Shown here in pieces: positions 1 to 11,451 of a stretch of DNA of 64,000 nucleotides. Under the pieces are notes generated by a model, which saw nothing but the letters and a program-made list of their open reading frames with translations, was not told where the DNA came from and ran no database searches. Where the stretch lies: contig JADJRG010000022.1 in NCBI GenBank assembly GCA_016712315.1, positions 994,522 to 1,058,521 of the forward strand, given 5' to 3'. The stretch's first letter is position 1. Each line of letters begins with the position of its first letter. This DNA comes from Nannocystis sp. (GTDB lineage: Bacteria; Myxococcota_A; Polyangia; Nannocystales; Nannocystaceae). The position numbers and the translations under genes were made by a program.

Positions 1-227
1 TCGACCCCGTCGCTCGTGCTCGAGTCTGGCGCCTCGCTGGTCGCCTCGCCGCTGCCCCCGCTGGTCGTCGCGCCGCTGGTGCTCGTGCTCGTGCTCGTGC
101 TGCCGTCGCTGGTGCCGCCGTCGTCCGCGCAGCCGCCGAAGATCAAGGCGCCCGTGAGACAGAGCGCCCACGCCCGGCCGAGGCCGCGAGTGGTTGTCAG
201 TAGAGATAGCCGGTTCAGTTCAGTCAT
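1..227 (-). CDS. 5' end of a putative lipoprotein gene (partial; continues past the window start)
   Basis: Reverse complement of 1-227 reads MTELNRLSLLTTTRGLGRAWALCLTGALIFGGCADDGGTSDGSTSTSTS... = signal peptide + lipobox (LIFGGC) + Ser/Thr/Gly linker; GAGGAGAGG 5 nt upstream of the ATG (complement of 225-227); no stop in window so absent from the ORF track. Confidence 0.5.
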   Translation of the reverse strand, partial: MTELNRLSLLTTTRGLGRAWALCLTGALIFGGCADDGGTSDGSTSTSTSTSGATTSGGSGEATSEAPDSSTSDGV

Positions 228-447
228 CGCCTCTCCTCGGCCCGCGCACCGCAGGGATGCGCGCATATGAGCACCATGGCCGGGCATCGACGCCCGCGTC
301 AAGGCCCTTCTTCGTGCAAGTACACGCAGGCCGTCACGCCACCGCGATCACGTGACGCGAAATACACAACCATCGCCGCACGAATCGCAAATCTTGCGGA
401 GGTCCACCAACGAGCCCGCCAAAGGCGCCGTGATAACGTCGAGGGCG

Positions 448-2846
<2,399 letters not shown>

Positions 2847-2850
<4 letters not shown>

Positions 2851-3878
2851 TCGCCCCGTCGATCTCTCCCGCGCCGGCTGCTATACGTCGACCTGTGTCG
2901 CCGGGCGAAGTTCGCGCGCCAGATCCCGCCGCCCTGCGTGAGGCCGCCGCCCTGCTCCGCGCGCGTCAACTCGTCGCCTTCCCCACCGAGACCGTCTACG
3001 GCCTCGGCGCCGACGGCCTCGATCCTGCCGCCCTCGCCGCGATCTTCGCCGCCAAAGAGCGCCCCGCCGACAACCCCCTCATCCTCCACATCGCCAGCGC
3101 CGACCAGCTCGACGCGATCGCTCAGACGATCCCGCCCGCCGCTCTCCGCCTCGCCGCCGCCTTCTGGCCCGGCCCGCTCACCCTCGTGCTCCCGCGCCGC
3201 CCCGTCGTCCCCCCGATCGCCTGCGGCGGCCTCGACACCGTCGCCGTCCGCGTACCTGCCCACCCGGTCGCCCTCGCCCTCCTGCGCGAATTCGGCGGCC
3301 CCCTCGCCGCCCCCTCCGCCAACCGCTCAGGCCGCCCCAGCCCCACCCTCGCTGCCCACGTCGCCGCAGACCTCGGTGATCGCGTCGCGATGATCCTCGA
3401 CGGCGGCCCCGCGATCCACGGCCTCGAGTCCACCGTCGTCGACTGCACCGGCGCGCCGCGCCTGCTCCGCCTCGGCGCCCTCACCCGCGAGGCCATCGAA
3501 GCCGTGCTCGGCCCCCTCGCCGCCGACGATCCTGGCAGCGCCGCCTTGCGCTCCCCTGGCCTCCGCTATCGCCACTACGCCCCCCGCGCCCGCGTCGTCA
3601 TCGCCTCCACCTGGGAGCTCCCACGGATCGTCACGCAGCTCCGCGCCGCTGGCGAGCGCGTCGCCGTGATCGTGCGCGAAGCCGAGCCAGGACCCGGCGC
3701 TGCGACGGTCTGGCGCGTCCCTGATGACCCCGAATTCGTCGGGTACGCCCGCGAGCTCTACGCCGCCCTGCGCGGCCTCGACGCGGGCGGGGTCGGCGTC
3801 ATCATCGCCGAGTCGGTCCCCGAGCGCGGCCTCGGCCGCGTCATCATGGATCGCCTGCGCCGCGCCGCCGCCCGCTAG
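2847..3878 (+). CDS. tsaC: L-threonylcarbamoyladenylate synthase (Sua5/YrdC/TsaC family, long form with Sua5 C-terminal domain)
   Basis: VAFPTETVYGLGAD YrdC signature and ~330 aa length; start uncertain (GTG 2895 plausible); overlaps ppsA stop. Confidence 0.8.
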
Positions 3879-3910
3879 CGCCGCTGCCAGGGACATGTTG
3901 CACCACAAAC

Positions 3911-5338
3911 TTAATCCCCGCAGTGCGGCGCGAGCCGCAGCGCCTCCTCCGGCCTGATCAAGTTCGCCTCGCCGAAGATCCCCGTCGTGTGCGCGCGGCT
4001 CTCCGCGGGCCCCCCGACCCGGTCCACCGCCTCCACAAAGAAGCGATCCCCCTCCTGGCGCACGTGCAGCGGCACATAGCGGGCCCCGAACACCCGCGTC
4101 TGCCCGTCCGCGCCGCGACGCAGCCCCACATAGAACAGCGCGCTCGAGCGCCGCGGCAGCTCCGGCTGATGGCTCGCAAAATTCCCCAGCGAATAGATCA
4201 CCAGCGCCTCCCGCCCCCCGCTGGTCACCAGCCTCTCCCAGCGCTGATTCACGTGCGGGTGGCTGCCGAAGATCGCCGTCGCCCCCGCCTCCGCCCAGCG
4301 CCGCGCCAGCGTCACCTGCGAGGCCCGCGGCTCGGGCGCGTACTCCTTCCCCCAGTGCGGCGTCACGATCACCGCGTCCACCGAGCGATCTTCCTTCAAC
4401 GCCCGGATCGTCGCCTCCACCGCCTCGTCACCGCAGCGCAGCACCTGCCCCTCCGCGTCGGGCCGCACGTTCATCAGCTCGGTGCACGCCAGCCACGCCA
4501 CCCCGATCCCCTTGGATCGCGTGATCGTGTACCACCGCGCCGCCGCGTCCCCGCGCGCCCGCGTCCCCGTGTACGCCAGCTTGGCCGCCCGCAGCGCCGC
4601 GATCGTCCGGTCCACCCCCAGCGCCCCGCGATCGAGCGCGTGGTTGTTCGCCGTCGACACCACATCGAAGCCGGAGCGGACCAGATCCTCCGCCAAGCTC
4701 GCGTGGAAGTTAAAGCGCGGGTAGGCCGTATACACCACCCGATCAAACACCAGCCCCGGATCGTCCACCTCACGCCCCTCACGATCCAACCCCGCCGCCA
4801 TCGGCCCCTCGAGGTTGCCGTACGTCAGATCCGCGCGCATCAACAGATCCTCCACCCCCGCCCACAGCGCCCGATGGCGCTCCGGCGCCGCGAACGCCTG
4901 GATCTGCAGCTCGTGGTGCAGCAGCAGGTCGCCCACCGCCGCCACTACGATCGACGCCCCTTCGCCCTCACAAGCGCCTTCAAACGCCACATACGCGGGA
5001 TCACGCGCCCGCCAGCGCTCGTCCGCCCGCGGCGCCGCGTCGAGGTTCACCATGTCCCCAGAGACATCTGATACCGCCACCTCGCCCTCGCCCGCCTCCG
5101 CCGCCGGGGCGCGCTCGACCGCGCCGGCCCCCTCGCCGGCCGCCACCAAGGACATGTCTTTTGGGGCATCTACGGGCGCGCTCGCCGGCGGGTGGCAACC
5201 GACCACCCCCACCATCAGGCCCGCCACGAGGGCCCCGCGCGGCGCACAGACAAGCACGAGCGCCCTGCATAACACGGCCGGATCGGCCCCGCGCGGCGCG
5301 CGAAGCGGCGCCTCCGCGCTCGCGATCGACCCCCTCAT
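3911..5338 (-). CDS. CapA-family (poly-gamma-glutamate synthesis / PGA_cap metallophosphatase) lipoprotein
   Basis: N-terminal signal + lipobox (VGVVGC), CapA motifs (VAAVGDLLLH, STANNHALD, WGKEY, GSHPHV). Confidence 0.8.
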   Translation of the reverse strand: MRGSIASAEAPLRAPRGADPAVLCRALVLVCAPRGALVAGLMVGVVGCHPPASAPVDAPKDMSLVAAGEGAGAVERAPAAEAGEGEVAVSDVSGDMVNLDAAPRADERWRARDPAYVAFEGACEGEGASIVVAAVGDLLLHHELQIQAFAAPERHRALWAGVEDLLMRADLTYGNLEGPMAAGLDREGREVDDPGLVFDRVVYTAYPRFNFHASLAEDLVRSGFDVVSTANNHALDRGALGVDRTIAALRAAKLAYTGTRARGDAAARWYTITRSKGIGVAWLACTELMNVRPDAEGQVLRCGDEAVEATIRALKEDRSVDAVIVTPHWGKEYAPEPRASQVTLARRWAEAGATAIFGSHPHVNQRWERLVTSGGREALVIYSLGNFASHQPELPRRSSALFYVGLRRGADGQTRVFGARYVPLHVRQEGDRFFVEAVDRVGGPAESRAHTTGIFGEANLIRPEEALRLAPHCGD

Positions 5339-6833
5339 GATGGACGATCGTCACGCAGGCCGTACACTCGTCGAACCCGTGCCTCTGCGCCGCCCAGCCC
5401 GCTCCGTCGCCGCGCGCCTCGGCGCCCTCGCGCTCGCGCAGCTCCTCGCCTGCGGCGCCCCGCCGTCGCCTCCGATCGCCGCCGCCCCGTCCGCCGAGCC
5501 CGCGCCTCAGCCTTCGCCTCAGCCCGCGCTCGACACCTGCCCGACCAAGGCCCCCGCGCCCGCGCGCATGCCCCGGATCCGCCCCGAGCACGAGCAGCTC
5601 GACACCTGGCTGCGCCTCGGCGCCAGCGACCCGCGCTTCAGCGCCCCCGCGATCAGCCGCGCCGCGATCGACCGCCACAACGCGGAGATGCTCCGACCTG
5701 GCCTCGGAGCCAGGTACGATCTGCTCGCGCCGGTCGATCCGGCCGCGATCCACGATCAGATCGACACCCGCCTCTCCTTCCTCCGCGCCAAGGTCGACGA
5801 CGGCCGCTACCTGACCGCCGAAGGCGCCTCACTCGCCGGCGATCTCGCCGCTCGCCTCGGCCCCATCGGCCCCTTGCCCGCGCTCACCCCCGAGCTCCGC
5901 GTCGCCCTCGACCTCATCCCCGTGCGCTGCGGCCCCCTCGATCTCGGCCTCTACACCCCCAGCCTCGAGCGCGCCTTCGATCGCAACCTCTGCTCCATGA
6001 TCCGCCCCCAAGAGCCCGTCCAAGTGCTGATGCGCTGGTCCGACGAGCTCCTGCTCGCGCGCACCGCCTACGTGCTCGGCTGGATCCCCAGCCGCGCGGC
6101 CCTCTCGCCGCGGATCCCCGACGATCTCCAGCGCCCTTACCTGCGCGGCCCCTATCAGCGCGCCCCGCGTGATCTCACCCTGCGCAGCGACGACGGCGAG
6201 TCGATCGCCGTCCCCTTCGCCGCGCGGCTGCCGAGCGTCGGAGGCGCGCGGGGCCGCGTCCACCTCGCGACCGCCGGCCGCTTCGTCACCGGCGCCCCCG
6301 CCGATGGCGCCCAGCTCGACAGCAGCGAGCGCCCCCTCAGCCGCCGAGCCCTGCTCACCGACGCCTTCCAGTACCTCGGCCTTCCTTACGGGTGGGGCGG
6401 CTACCAAGGCGGCCGCGACTGCTCGCGCTTCCTCATGGATCTCTTCGCCGGCTTCGGCCTCGACCTCCCCCGTCACAGCGGCGATCAAGCGATCGCCGGC
6501 GAGGTCATCGAGCTCCCCCCGGATCTGCCTGAGCCCGCCCGCGCCCGCCTGATCGACGAGGCCCACCGCCGCGGACTCGTCCTCCTCCACTTCCCCAACC
6601 ACATCATGCTCTACCTCGGCCGCGACGACGACGGCGTCGCCCTCGCCCTCCACTCCTTCGCCGAGTACCTGGTCCCTTGTACAGGTCGCAGCGACGGCGC
6701 CCCCGAGGGCGAGCGAGAGACCCTCTACACGGTCGAGCGCGTCCAGGTCAGCGATCTAGAGCTCGGGCGCGGCACCTCGCGCGGCGCCTTTATCGAGCGC
6801 CTCACCAAAATCACCATCATCGCCGGTGTTTAG
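5337..6833 (+). CDS. NlpC/P60 (C40) family peptidase lipoprotein
   Basis: C-terminal NlpC/P60 catalytic motifs (YGWGGYQGGRDCSRFLMDLF...H...); signal/lipobox LLACG; upstream part of ORF 4815-6833 is read-through antisense of capA. Confidence 0.75.
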   Translation: MMDDRHAGRTLVEPVPLRRPARSVAARLGALALAQLLACGAPPSPPIAAAPSAEPAPQPSPQPALDTCPTKAPAPARMPRIRPEHEQLDTWLRLGASDPRFSAPAISRAAIDRHNAEMLRPGLGARYDLLAPVDPAAIHDQIDTRLSFLRAKVDDGRYLTAEGASLAGDLAARLGPIGPLPALTPELRVALDLIPVRCGPLDLGLYTPSLERAFDRNLCSMIRPQEPVQVLMRWSDELLLARTAYVLGWIPSRAALSPRIPDDLQRPYLRGPYQRAPRDLTLRSDDGESIAVPFAARLPSVGGARGRVHLATAGRFVTGAPADGAQLDSSERPLSRRALLTDAFQYLGLPYGWGGYQGGRDCSRFLMDLFAGFGLDLPRHSGDQAIAGEVIELPPDLPEPARARLIDEAHRRGLVLLHFPNHIMLYLGRDDDGVALALHSFAEYLVPCTGRSDGAPEGERETLYTVERVQVSDLELGRGTSRGAFIERLTKITIIAGV

Positions 6834-6889
6834 TCCGCCCGTCGCGCGGCCCGCAGCGGCCCCGTCGCGCCCCGTGATACCCTCGCCGC

Positions 6890-7594
6890 ATGGCCGATCT
6901 TGACCAACGTCTCGCCGAGATCGACGCCCTCATCGCTGACGATCCCCGGGCCGCCCTCGCCGCCCTCGACGCCCTCGACGGCCACCAAGACGACCCCGAA
7001 GTGCTGCTCCTGCGCGCTCACGCGCAGTGGTCCATCGGCGCGACGAGCGACGCCGAGGAGCTGCTCGACGCCCTCATCGCCGACGATCCCGGCTTCGCCG
7101 ACGCCCACTACGCGCTCGCCCGCCTCGCCGAGGAGCTCGGCGACGAGGAGGCTATGCGCCGCCACTTCCTCACCGTGCTCGCGCTCGACGCCGCCGAGGA
7201 GCGCGCCAGCGCCCCGCCGCCCGAGCAACGGGCGCGGCAGCACCAGCAGATCGCCGAGGTCGCCGAGGAGGCGCTCGCCCGCCTGCCCGCGCCGCTGCGC
7301 GACCGCCTCGGCAACGTCGCCATCGTCCTCGAGGATCTACCCGCCTGGGAGGTCGTCGCCACCGGCTTTGATCCGCGCGCCCTCGGCATGTTCGAAGGGC
7401 CAGACGAGCACGGACAACGAAGCGGCGAGATCGCGGTCATGGCCTCGCGGATCGTCCTCTTCTGCGCCAACCTCCTCGCCACCTTCCCCGACCCCGACGA
7501 GCTCGCGGAGGAGGTCGAGGTCACCGTCTTGCACGAGATCGGCCACTACTTCGGCCTCGACGAGGACGAGGTGAGCAGCCTCGGCCTCGAGTGA
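6890..7594 (+). CDS. Zincin-like metallopeptidase-domain protein (PF06262-like) with N-terminal TPR-like helices
   Basis: HEIGHYFGL zinc-binding motif near C-terminus; acidic helical N-terminus. Confidence 0.7.
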   Translation: MADLDQRLAEIDALIADDPRAALAALDALDGHQDDPEVLLLRAHAQWSIGATSDAEELLDALIADDPGFADAHYALARLAEELGDEEAMRRHFLTVLALDAAEERASAPPPEQRARQHQQIAEVAEEALARLPAPLRDRLGNVAIVLEDLPAWEVVATGFDPRALGMFEGPDEHGQRSGEIAVMASRIVLFCANLLATFPDPDELAEEVEVTVLHEIGHYFGLDEDEVSSLGLE

Positions 7595-7601
7595 GCGCCA
7601 G

Positions 7602-8573
7602 CTACAGCGACCCGGCCAGCTTCGCCAGATCGTTCATCGCGTCCTTCATCGACGCCGCGTCGGCGAAGCGCTGGTTCACCTGCTTCGCGCACGCCTTGAA
7701 GAAGAAGTCGTCGATCGCCGCCCCGAGGCCGCTCGGCGTGCCGGGCGGCATAAAGCGGCTCACCGGCAGAGGATCTCGCTCGCGGTGCGCCTGCAGCAGC
7801 GTGCGCGGGTGCTTATCAAAGAGATCCTCGAACGGGTGGCGACCGCCCGTCACCAGCTCGAAGAAGGTCATGCCCAGCGCGTACAGATCCGCGCGGTGGT
7901 CGATATACCCGCCCGGGATCGTCTGCTCCGGCGCGATGTAGCGGGGATCGCCCATCACGTGCGCCTTGCTCTGCGGCGACAGATCGCTGAGGTCACGCGC
8001 CACCCCGAAGTCCAGCAGCTTCACCACCCGCAGCAGCGGATCGTGCGAGTCACGCGTCACGAACACGTTCGACGGCTTGATGTCGCAGTGGACGATCCGG
8101 CGGAGGTGCACGTAGCGCAGCGCCTCGCAGACCTGCCCGAAGATCTCGCAGATCACCGACACCGGCACCGGCGTGCCGTTGTCGATGAACCACCCGACGT
8201 CCTTGCCGCGCAGGTACTCCATCGCGAACCACAGCAGCCCCAGCTCCTCCGTGGTCCCCACCTGCATCACCCGCACGAGGTTGTTGTGCATGAAGCTCGC
8301 GCACATCCTCGCCTCGCGGCGGAAGTGGCGGTGCGCCCACTCCGGCACGTCGTTCTTCATCACCTTCAGCGCGACGTAGCGGTTCATCAGCCGGTCGAAG
8401 GCCTTATAGACCTTCGCCATGCCGCCCTCGCCGAGGCGCTGCACGATCTCAAACTGGCTCACGCACTTGACGACCATACCGGTCGGCAGGTCGGTGCCTT
8501 GGTACCCGTAGTACCCGGTCGAGCTCATCGGCGTCCCGCCGACCTCGCCGGAGTTGCTCTTCTCGTCGCTCAT
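7602..8573 (-). CDS. Serine/threonine protein kinase (Hanks-type)
   Basis: GEGGMAKVY...VALKVM...HCDIKPSNVF...DFG...APE motifs; start taken at ATG complement of 8571-8573 (MSDEKS...); upstream part of ORF 7602-9002 lacks kinase homology. Confidence 0.85.
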   Translation of the reverse strand: MSDEKSNSGEVGGTPMSSTGYYGYQGTDLPTGMVVKCVSQFEIVQRLGEGGMAKVYKAFDRLMNRYVALKVMKNDVPEWAHRHFRREARMCASFMHNNLVRVMQVGTTEELGLLWFAMEYLRGKDVGWFIDNGTPVPVSVICEIFGQVCEALRYVHLRRIVHCDIKPSNVFVTRDSHDPLLRVVKLLDFGVARDLSDLSPQSKAHVMGDPRYIAPEQTIPGGYIDHRADLYALGMTFFELVTGGRHPFEDLFDKHPRTLLQAHRERDPLPVSRFMPPGTPSGLGAAIDDFFFKACAKQVNQRFADAASMKDAMNDLAKLAGSL

Positions 8574-8767
8574 GGGGCCTGGGGATCCTGCTTCATCGGG
8601 GCGGCGAGTGGTTGACCGCGAGGTGTGCCCACATACGCAAGGTACACCACGTGTTACCCTAGTTCGACGCCTCGAGGGAACCCATCTCGCCCCCCAAACA
8701 GGCGCGGATCCGAGCAGCCCAAGCGCCCGAGCGCGACCTGTCGCCTCGCCCCCCCAGCCCGCGGCGC

Positions 8768-9203
8768 TCACAGGTACGGGGTCACAACCGCGTCGAGCTG
8801 CGGCCCCATCACCGCGCCGACCTGCCGGTTGGCGATCTCCCCCCCCTTCCACACGATCATCGTCGGGATCGACCGGATCTGCAGCTTCGACGCGACCCGC
8901 TGGTGCTCCTCGGTGTTCAGCTTCACGACGATCAGCCGCCCCGCGAAGCGCTGCGCCAGCGCCGTCACGTGCGGCGCCAACATCAGGCACGGGCCGCACC
9001 ACGGCGCCCAGAAGTCCACCAGCACGGGCACCGGCGACGCCTTGATCAGCCGCTCCAGCGCGTCATCGTCGACCTCCGCCGGCGCCGCCGAGCGATCCAG
9101 CGGCTTGTGGCAGCGCCCGCACACCGGCCCCTCGGCGAGCCGCTGCGCGTCGATCCGATTGATCCCCCCACAACTCGAGCAACGAAAAAAAGCCTGCGAC
9201 ACG
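8768..9203 (-). CDS. trxC: Thioredoxin with N-terminal CxxC...CxxC zinc-finger (TrxC/thioredoxin-2 type)
   Basis: FRCSSCGGINR...CGRCHKPL zinc ribbon followed by WAPWCGPC active site; GTG start at complement of 9201-9203. Confidence 0.8.
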
Positions 9204-9251
9204 GCCGATCTTCTACGCACTGGCCGCCGCGACACAACCCCCCGCGCCGCT

Positions 9252-9980
9252 ATGCTCGCGCACATGCGGATCGCCGCCCTCTCCGACCTCCACATCGGCG
9301 CCCGCGCCTGGATGGACGAGTTCCGCCACCCCGAACCGAGCTTCCTCGCCTTCCTCGATCGCCTCGAAGCGGAGCACGACGCGATCGTGCTCGTCGGCGA
9401 CATCTTCCAGACCGACCACGACCTGCTCCTCGGTCCTCGCGCCGCCGTGCGCCAGCTCATCAAGGCCAGGCGTCGCCTACCGCAGCTCGCGGAGCGCTTC
9501 GCTCGCGCGCCCTACCACTACGTGCACGGCAACCACGACCTCATCGCCGGGGCGCACCTCGGCGCCGCGGAGCGGCTCTGCCTCGGCGACGACGACTTCC
9601 GCGTCCTCTTCATCCACGGCCACCAGTTTGATCCGATCTTCTGCCGCGCCCAGGCGCTGGCCCGCGGCGCCACCTGGTTCACGGGTCGCCTGCGGGCCGC
9701 CGGTCTGCGCCCCGTCGCCCAATGGTTCGAGGGCAACGACATCCGGATCAAGCACCAGCGCTTCCATCACCCTGAGGGTCCGTACCTCCGCGCCGCCCGC
9801 CGCCTCCTCCACGAGCACGCCGCCCACGCCGTCGTCATGGGCCACACCCACGTGCCCGTCCACGTCGAGCTCCCCGAGGGGATCTTCATCAACACTGGCA
9901 CCTGCTCGATCGGCCAGCAGATGTACACCTCCATCGACACCCGCGCCCGCACCGCCCATCTCCACGCCCCACGGGTGTGA
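9252..9980 (+). CDS. Metallophosphoesterase (calcineurin-like; LpxH-like)
   Basis: SDLHIG...GDIFQ...GNHD...GH.H motifs; alternative start ATG 9264. Confidence 0.75.
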   Translation: MLAHMRIAALSDLHIGARAWMDEFRHPEPSFLAFLDRLEAEHDAIVLVGDIFQTDHDLLLGPRAAVRQLIKARRRLPQLAERFARAPYHYVHGNHDLIAGAHLGAAERLCLGDDDFRVLFIHGHQFDPIFCRAQALARGATWFTGRLRAAGLRPVAQWFEGNDIRIKHQRFHHPEGPYLRAARRLLHEHAAHAVVMGHTHVPVHVELPEGIFINTGTCSIGQQMYTSIDTRARTAHLHAPRV

Positions 9981-10038
9981 GCCGCCGCGCAAAAATTCTC
10001 CGCTCGCCCGCGCCGCTTCGCGCGCTATAACGACCCTC

Positions 10039-11412
10039 ATGGCCACCATCGCGCGCCCGCACCTCCCTGGCCTCGCCCTCGCCCTCGCCCTCGCCCCCCA
10101 GCTCGCGTGCAGCGGCGACGACACGGGCGCGAGCGGCACCGCCACTGCCAGCGCTAGCGGCATCACCGGGATCACCTCGATCTCCGGCGCCAGCGAGAGC
10201 GACAGCGACAGCGACAGCGTCGGCGGCGGCAGCAGCGGCGGCATGAAGCTCGACCTCCCCGACGACGACACCGACGGCCTGCCCGGCGGCGCCGACTGCG
10301 GCAGCAAGCTGCCCAAGCCCGGAGATCCCGACTTCAGCATCATCTGGATCGCCAACACCGGCCAAGGCACCGTCTCCAAGATCGACACGGTCAACGCCAA
10401 CGAGCTCGCCCGATACCGCACCGGCCCTGGCAACCCCGATCCCTCGCGCACCTCCGTCAACCTCCGCGGCGACGTCGCCGTCGCCAACCGAGCCGGCGGC
10501 GTCACCAAGATCGCCGCGCGCCTCGACAGCTGCGTCGACTCCAACCAAAACGGCATCATCGACACCTCCCTCGGCCCCAATGACATCCGCCCCTGGGGAG
10601 AAGACGAGTGCGTGCTCTGGTACCACCCCATGAGCTTCCCCCAGGGCCTCGACTCCAACCAAGGCGGCCCGCGCGGGATCGCCTGGGACGGCGGCCAGAC
10701 CAGCGACTGCTTCGCCACCGCCAAGGTGTGGGTCGGCTGGCGCGATCAGCCCAGCAACAACGTCAAGATCCGCCGGATCGACGGCATCACCGGCCAGACC
10801 GACGACGAGGTCACCGCCCCGGACTGGCAGTGCAACTGGGGTCATGGCACCTACGGCGCCGCCGCCGATCAGAGCGGCGCCTTCTGGGGCCTCGGCACCC
10901 GCGCCAACCTCGTCTACGTCCACCCTCAGACCTTACAAGTCGAGCGTTACCAGGGCCCCGACGTCGTCCTCTACGGCATCGCCCTCGACGCCGACGGGGT
11001 CCCCTGGCTCGGCGGCTGGGACGGTCACCTCTGGCGCTTCGACCTCGGCGCCAAGACCTTTCAAGACATGGGCGGAGGCTTCACCTCCTCGCGCCTGCGC
11101 GGCCTCGCCATCGACAAAGAGGGCCACGCCTGGATCGCCGGTAACAGCCCCTGCGCCCTCATCCAATACGACACCAAGGCCAACACCCTCATCAACGGCG
11201 GCATCGCCTTGCCTGGCTGCGGCGAGCCTGTCGGCGTCAGCATCGATCGCTACGAGCAGGTCTGGGTGGTCGATCGCGAGGCCGACCGCGCCTACCGCGT
11301 CGATCCCGACACCTATCAGACCGTCACCGTCGACGGCCTCGTCGATCCCTACACCTACTCCGACATGACAGGTCAAGGCCTCAGCCTCGTCGTCAACCCC
11401 CCCGTCGGCTGA
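10039..11412 (+). CDS. Secreted lipoprotein of unknown function
   Basis: MATIARPHLPGLALALALAPQLACSG lipoprotein signal, Ser/Asp-rich linker, Trp/Gly-rich repetitive body (possible beta-propeller); upstream part of ORF 9628-11412 not protein-like. Confidence 0.6.
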   Translation: MATIARPHLPGLALALALAPQLACSGDDTGASGTATASASGITGITSISGASESDSDSDSVGGGSSGGMKLDLPDDDTDGLPGGADCGSKLPKPGDPDFSIIWIANTGQGTVSKIDTVNANELARYRTGPGNPDPSRTSVNLRGDVAVANRAGGVTKIAARLDSCVDSNQNGIIDTSLGPNDIRPWGEDECVLWYHPMSFPQGLDSNQGGPRGIAWDGGQTSDCFATAKVWVGWRDQPSNNVKIRRIDGITGQTDDEVTAPDWQCNWGHGTYGAAADQSGAFWGLGTRANLVYVHPQTLQVERYQGPDVVLYGIALDADGVPWLGGWDGHLWRFDLGAKTFQDMGGGFTSSRLRGLAIDKEGHAWIAGNSPCALIQYDTKANTLINGGIALPGCGEPVGVSIDRYEQVWVVDREADRAYRVDPDTYQTVTVDGLVDPYTYSDMTGQGLSLVVNPPVG

Positions 11413-11451
11413 TTCTCCGCCGACTGCGCCCCTAGGGCCCCTCCCCGGCCT

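Noticed and set aside
16-270. + strand ORF (84 aa) at window start
   Set aside because: Pro/Val/Leu-rich low-complexity translation; it is the antisense shadow of the minus-strand lipoprotein gene start, which has a proper signal peptide and RBS
3923-5071. + ORF of 382 aa antisense to capA
   Set aside because: Arg/Pro/His-rich non-protein-like composition; CapA motifs sit on the minus strand
5334-5342. Complementary overlapping start codons (CATGATG) of divergent capA and nlpC/P60
   Set aside because: Could be real, but both starts are uncertain as internal Met/Val alternatives exist; not treated as a regulatory feature
9628-10038. Upstream extension of the lipoprotein ORF
   Set aside because: Ser/Pro/Ala-rich and overlaps the phosphoesterase gene; a proper signal peptide begins at ATG 10039
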